A stretch of DNA of 49,167 nt, taken from an uncultured Alphaproteobacteria bacterium. GTDB lineage: Bacteria > Pseudomonadota > Alphaproteobacteria > Rickettsiales > UBA6187. The DNA lies in contig CALCTU010000032.1 of NCBI GenBank assembly GCA_937907045.1, positions 1-49,167 on the forward strand, written 5' to 3'. Each line of letters begins with the position of its first letter. Within the stretch, counting starts at the first letter, position 1. This document shows, in pieces, positions 45,161-49,167 of this stretch. The translations under genes and the position numbers were made by a program. A model generated the notes under the pieces. It made no database searches. It was given only the letters and a program-made list of their open reading frames with translations, and was not told the DNA's origin.

Positions 45161-46093
45161 CTTTTGTTCCACCGCATCCCAAAACATTGCTCCGGTATTT
45201 TTGTCGTAGAGCTGGTTAATGTGCCATAAGCCGGTTGGTGAAGTCACATTGATTTCAGTTAAAAAACCATCAATGACATCGATGCCAACCAGCATCAGTT
45301 CTTTTTGTTTGAGAATGGGTGACAATGTGTCACATATGGCAATGTCTTTTTCAGATAGTTGTGTAGCCTCTGCGCTGCCACCTTGTACAAGATTTGACAA
45401 AATATTTCCCTTTTCAGGGACACGGTTGATTGCTCCGGCTACTTCACCGTTAATAAAAATAATGCGTTTATCACCCTCGGATACTTTTTCAATAAAAGCC
45501 TGAATCATCAACGGCATAGGGTGTTTTTCTGTGATGTGACTATAAGCACTTACGAGCGAGTCTTTATTGGTAGCATGTAATATGTCATTGCCTCCATGTG
45601 CATATAAAGGTTTAAGAATAACGTCCTGATGCAAGTCAAAAAATGCTTCACAATGATCCAATGTGTAACAAATGCGAGTATCTGGCATGTGCTGAGCAAA
45701 ATGCGTAACAAATAATTTTTCTGGACAATCGCGAACTGTATTTGGTGGGTTAATAACCAATGTACGTGGGTGAATATTTTCTAGTAAGTAAGTGTAGGTG
45801 AGGTAGTTCATGTCAAAAGGAGGGTCTTGGCGCATGAGTACCACATCCATGTTACTAAGGTCCACAATTTCTGTGTCTTGTTTTGTGACATGGTGGTTGA
45901 TGTTGTCATGCACTGTTACTGCTGTAACACGTGCTCTTAGCTCTTGACCCTCACTATACATGTCATGTGGTTGGTAGGTGTATAAACTATGTCCACGAGC
46001 TTGTGCTGCTAACATCAGTACAAATGTTGAATCCCCATGTACCTTAATGGACTCAATGGGATCCATTTGTACGGCAATCTTAAGTGCCATCAT
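45146..46093 (-). CDS. gshB: Glutathione synthetase
   Basis: 315 aa. IAVQMDPIESIKVHGDSTF, MRQDPPFD and an ATP-grasp C-terminus (EVAGAINRVP...N...GG). Classical prokaryotic GshB. Confidence 0.9.
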   Translation of the reverse strand: MMALKIAVQMDPIESIKVHGDSTFVLMLAAQARGHSLYTYQPHDMYSEGQELRARVTAVTVHDNINHHVTKQDTEIVDLSNMDVVLMRQDPPFDMNYLTYTYLLENIHPRTLVINPPNTVRDCPEKLFVTHFAQHMPDTRICYTLDHCEAFFDLHQDVILKPLYAHGGNDILHATNKDSLVSAYSHITEKHPMPLMIQAFIEKVSEGDKRIIFINGEVAGAINRVPEKGNILSNLVQGGSAEATQLSEKDIAICDTLSPILKQKELMLVGIDVIDGFLTEINVTSPTGLWHINQLYDKNTGAMFWDAVEQKLSNK

Positions 46094-46689
46094 TAGCCTC
46101 TCTCGGGATTATCTTTAAGGCGTACATGGCTAACTACTTTGTCGACACCCTTGATAGTGCTGGCCATGTGAGTAAGTTCATCAAGCTCTTGCTGATCCCG
46201 GGCGATGCCCATTAGATAAACCGTGTTACGAATAACGTCGATTGAATAATTAAGAGTCCGAATGTTTCTGGCAAATAACATTTTGGTTTTTAATTGAGTA
46301 GCAATCCAGTTATCTTTGGCTATATGCTTTAATTTTTTTTGAGAACGAGGTTCAATTTTAATTTCATTAATAACCTCTTTCACGCCTTCTACTTGCCATG
46401 CCAGGCGTACTGCATCAATGCGGGTTTCGCTAGTATCTACCACCCCAGTTAATAAAACACGCGCTTCCACTACCTCAACATTAACTCCTGCAAGAAGGTC
46501 TTGAGCATTTTGTCTCAGGTATTTTTCTTTGACTGAGGCCCAAATGCCAGTGTCATCAACGGCTGTGCCTACAGAGCGCTCTTGTGCAAGTAACACCCCT
46601 GTGGTTGCTACCGCGCTCACCGCTGCAGTCACGCATGACTGTAAGGTGCTCATACAAAAAAGAATAAAAAATATGCGTAAAAAAGTCAT
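46093..46689 (-). CDS. BON-domain (OsmY/DolP-like) probable lipoprotein
   Basis: 198 aa with signal peptide ending LQSC and two BON-like segments (VEVVEARVLLTGVV; IDVIRNTVYLMGIA). The stop overlaps the gshB start (ATGA). Confidence 0.7.
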   Translation of the reverse strand: MTFLRIFFILFCMSTLQSCVTAAVSAVATTGVLLAQERSVGTAVDDTGIWASVKEKYLRQNAQDLLAGVNVEVVEARVLLTGVVDTSETRIDAVRLAWQVEGVKEVINEIKIEPRSQKKLKHIAKDNWIATQLKTKMLFARNIRTLNYSIDVIRNTVYLMGIARDQQELDELTHMASTIKGVDKVVSHVRLKDNPERG

Positions 46690-46765
46690 GATGCTTACCT
46701 AACAATCAAAATAAACGATTTTACCGATAATCTTAAAGCAAAAATCCTCATTTTTCTATGAGAAA

Positions 46766-47428
46766 ATGTTGTTCGGTAGGGGCAATTCTTTATTGATTGA
46801 ATGTAATGTTGGTATTCGTGATAAGGCAGTTCAGAAAGGTGATTCACTAACAAAACAAGAGCTTGATTTTATTAAGCAGCTTTACATCAATTATTATTAC
46901 TTAGAATCAGAGGGCCTAGAATTTAGTACTCCTACTAATATTGCTGAGCGTATGTGTGATACTTTAGCAAGTGGCCATTTTACGTTACAAGATGTGATTG
47001 ATGCACCCACGTTAGTTGATTTACAAAGGATTATTATGCCATGGGGGCGTCACTGCTGTAAACTATACACGAATGTGTATAGGCACGGCACAGTGGAGTT
47101 TAGAGAGCATGTGGGTACAACAAATAGTCATCAAATATATGCTTGGCTTGCACTGGTTGATCATATGGTAGGTGTAAGTAAAGATATGGTTAAGGAAGTG
47201 GGAGCGCCTACATTTCCGAATGAATGCCAAAAAACTTCATTATTTAAGGCGTTATCCGACTTCTATGTTCATACGCCATTGGTTGCAGAGGATGCTAGTG
47301 ACGACAAAACAAAAATACTAAGACCATTGACGGATAAAGTCAATGAAGAGTCCGTAGGGCTTCGGTTACAAGGAGAATTAGCATTTTATAAGCATAATGG
47401 GCACACATGCTGGAGTGCTATGGTATAA
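46766..47428 (+). CDS. Hypothetical protein with amidoligase-2-like C-terminal motif (short/divergent)
   Basis: 220 aa. KLYTNVYRHGTVEFREHVGTTNSHQIYAWLALVDHMV resembles the (T/I)(I/V)EFRQH.GT......W motif of the putative amidoligase family. The N-terminal catalytic blocks are not clearly recognisable and there is no obvious SD. Confidence 0.4.
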   Translation: MLFGRGNSLLIECNVGIRDKAVQKGDSLTKQELDFIKQLYINYYYLESEGLEFSTPTNIAERMCDTLASGHFTLQDVIDAPTLVDLQRIIMPWGRHCCKLYTNVYRHGTVEFREHVGTTNSHQIYAWLALVDHMVGVSKDMVKEVGAPTFPNECQKTSLFKALSDFYVHTPLVAEDASDDKTKILRPLTDKVNEESVGLRLQGELAFYKHNGHTCWSAMV

Positions 47429-47490
47429 TGCCGCAGCTTCATTTGCGGATAAGAAGAAGGTAAGAATTTGTACTGTTTTGGTGAGCAAGT

Positions 47491-47511
47491 GAAAAAGCCC
47501 TAGCTCTAGGG
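47491..47511 (-). terminator. Candidate rho-independent terminator for the orphan gene at 47612-49167
   Basis: The minus strand reads CCCTAGAGCTAGGG followed by CTTTTTC. The stem is short (5-6 bp). A second imperfect stem lies at 47518-47546. Confidence 0.35.
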
Positions 47512-47611
47512 TTGGTGGTGCTTGTCGCGCTGTAGCGCATTAGCACGAAGGTAAAAAAGAAGTGGATATAGTGAGCAAATCAGTGCCGTTGTAGCTAAAT
47601 CATTATTGGTG

Positions 47612-49167
47612 TTATTTAACTTTTGCAACAGTTGCTTCTTTTTGTGCTTTTTCGAGAGCTTCTGCAAAGTAACCTTGTTGCTTTAACGCATCACCCAATT
47701 GTTGATATTGAGCTATATTTTTATGGTTTTGTTTAGCTCCATCATGAAAATGATCAATTGCTAAAGGCCAATTGACGCCATTACATTGGTAACAAATAAC
47801 CCTAATGGGATGGTTTTGGTTTCTTGAGTTTGGCTTAAGTTCGAATATATCACCCTCAAGTTTTTTGATATCATAACGCATTTCCTTAAAAGGCCTTAGG
47901 TCTGCATCTTCGAAAACCGTTTTTGCTTGCTCTAACAAGCCATTTAGCGCTGTTTCAAAAGCTATCTTTATACTAGAGCGTCTTATTTGATCTTGTATAT
48001 CTGTGGTTTTAAGAATACTGGACACAGGTGGTACTTCATCGGTAGGGGCTTGCGTTGGAGTAGGGCCTTTTTTAGCGACAGCTTTGCCAGAAGTGTAAGA
48101 TAAATCTTGAGCTTCAACAAACAGACAGCTGGTTCCGCTTGCAGGTACAGGAAGGTTGCTGATTTGGCATTTGCTTGTGACATCTGAGGAAATAACCACA
48201 CCACTAAGCGAGAGACGCACATTTTGATCGAGAGCGGCTGCATTGATACTTCTGTTGTAATCATTTTTTTGTTTGAACATTGGATCTGTTAAATTTACAA
48301 AGTACAAATCATGGTCAGAGTTATATTTAAGGCCAAAGGAGACGCAACATGTTAATACACCACAAACTACAGGGTCTGTAATTGGACCAGTTAAATAAGG
48401 TCCGCAGCCTGTAATTTGTTGGACATATGGTGTTGCACATCCGGCCATACTACCATATATAACACTGGATGTTTTATTAAGAATTTTAGCAAATATACTA
48501 ACAGAACCCATTACTTTGATTTGTTTTTCAAAAGCTGGCAAGTGCTTTTGAATGAAATATAAAAGTCTCTTTTGTTCTAATTTGGTATTGCCTTGAGTAA
48601 TCTGATTGATTGCATAGTGAAAAAGAAACTTTGCCGAAATTGGTTCGCCATGTATCAACCGATCAATGAGTGATTCCTTTGTTGTTTCATCTCGATATGT
48701 TTTTTTTACATCGCTAAGTTTACGCGGGCGATACTGATTATTTATAAGTTTACTCTTTGCCTCATCAAATAGCTCAAATGCTTTTTGTAAACATAGGTTA
48801 ACTACATATTTTTCAGTCAGATCCTTATTGCCTGCTTGATTGCGAATCATGTCCATAATAAGCTGGTTGGCTTTGTCCTGTAATGATTCATCTATCGTTG
48901 CGTATAGGGGGGTAAGTTGTTTTTCAGCAATTGTAACAACGGCGTTTTGTACAGGTCTTGCCGCTTGTACGGCTTGATGTGTTTCTGAATCTGTAAAAAG
49001 ATAAGCCAAGGGAGCTCGAGCTAATACAAAAAGTGTGTCGCCCCAGCTAAGAGTTCTGTCTGTATTGATAATAACTGATAGGGTTGCAACAATGCGTTTA
49101 ACCTTATGGCTGTTTTGATCAAAAAATTTTTTAAGTTGTCTTCGCTCTTCTCGGGTTAATTCTACAG
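47612..49167 (-). CDS. Large orphan protein, 5'-truncated by the window edge, with RelE/Gp49(HigB)-like C-terminal module
   Basis: The track start at 49009 is a TTG. The same frame stays open with no stop up to the right edge (codon phase from 49165: VELTREERRQLKKFFDQNSHKVKRIVATLSVIINTDRTLSWGDTLFVLARAPL|AYLF...). The gene therefore probably starts outside the window. It has a central Cys-rich region. The C-terminus DIKKLEGDIFELKPNSRNQNHPIRVICYQCNG...HFHDGAKQNHKNI resembles the RelE/ParE/Gp49 fold pattern. Confidence 0.55.
   Translation of the reverse strand, partial: VELTREERRQLKKFFDQNSHKVKRIVATLSVIINTDRTLSWGDTLFVLARAPLAYLFTDSETHQAVQAARPVQNAVVTIAEKQLTPLYATIDESLQDKANQLIMDMIRNQAGNKDLTEKYVVNLCLQKAFELFDEAKSKLINNQYRPRKLSDVKKTYRDETTKESLIDRLIHGEPISAKFLFHYAINQITQGNTKLEQKRLLYFIQKHLPAFEKQIKVMGSVSIFAKILNKTSSVIYGSMAGCATPYVQQITGCGPYLTGPITDPVVCGVLTCCVSFGLKYNSDHDLYFVNLTDPMFKQKNDYNRSINAAALDQNVRLSLSGVVISSDVTSKCQISNLPVPASGTSCLFVEAQDLSYTSGKAVAKKGPTPTQAPTDEVPPVSSILKTTDIQDQIRRSSIKIAFETALNGLLEQAKTVFEDADLRPFKEMRYDIKKLEGDIFELKPNSRNQNHPIRVICYQCNGVNWPLAIDHFHDGAKQNHKNIAQYQQLGDALKQQGYFAEALEKAQKEATVAKVK

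Noticed and set aside
1-49167. Search by eye for tRNA/rRNA genes, CRISPR repeats, IS/transposase or integrase genes, and prophage modules
   Set aside because: I found none. Every gap over 100 nt was read, and they contain only promoter-like or hairpin elements. A covariance-model scan would be needed to exclude small RNAs.

Overview
AT-rich bacterial chromosomal window, coding on both strands. I found no rRNA, tRNA, CRISPR array, IS element or integrase by eye. The gene order recA-alaS, hflK-hflC-degP, recO-parC and BON-gshB, together with a Gly-rich HflK N-terminus, suggests a low-GC alphaproteobacterium, possibly host-associated. That is inference only. There are three parts. (1) 1-15.8 kb is a type IV pilus locus: pilD, pilT-fimT-pilV-pilW, pilX, two divergent pilin genes and a receiver-only response regulator. 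It is unusual in carrying at least three tandem PilY1-like tip-adhesin genes. Each PilY1-like gene is preceded at a fixed 48-50 nt distance by a member of a four-copy family of small secreted Cys-containing proteins that I cannot assign to any known family. The PilY1 paralogs also appear to have a six-bladed NHL propeller inserted into their N-terminal vWA domain. I consider this cassette array the most likely undescribed system in the window. (2) 16-25 kb is housekeeping: apbC/mrp, hflKC, degP, recA and alaS, followed by a parDE toxin-antitoxin pair with a perfect palindromic operator and a LysR regulator. (3) 26-49 kb is an accessory/housekeeping mix. It holds a ~2,900-aa mosaic RTX protein (glycine-zipper hydrophobic segment, two RTX blocks, a GGF-repeat propeller-like region, two tandem LamG-like domains). 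It also holds dctQM without dctP, coupled to two tandem TPR + OGT-like (GT41/SPINDLY-type) genes. Then come parC, recO, cysQ, gshB, a BON lipoprotein, a short amidoligase-like ORF, and a large orphan ORF that is open to the right edge and ends in a RelE/Gp49-like module. All family assignments come from motif recognition on the translations; no searches were run.
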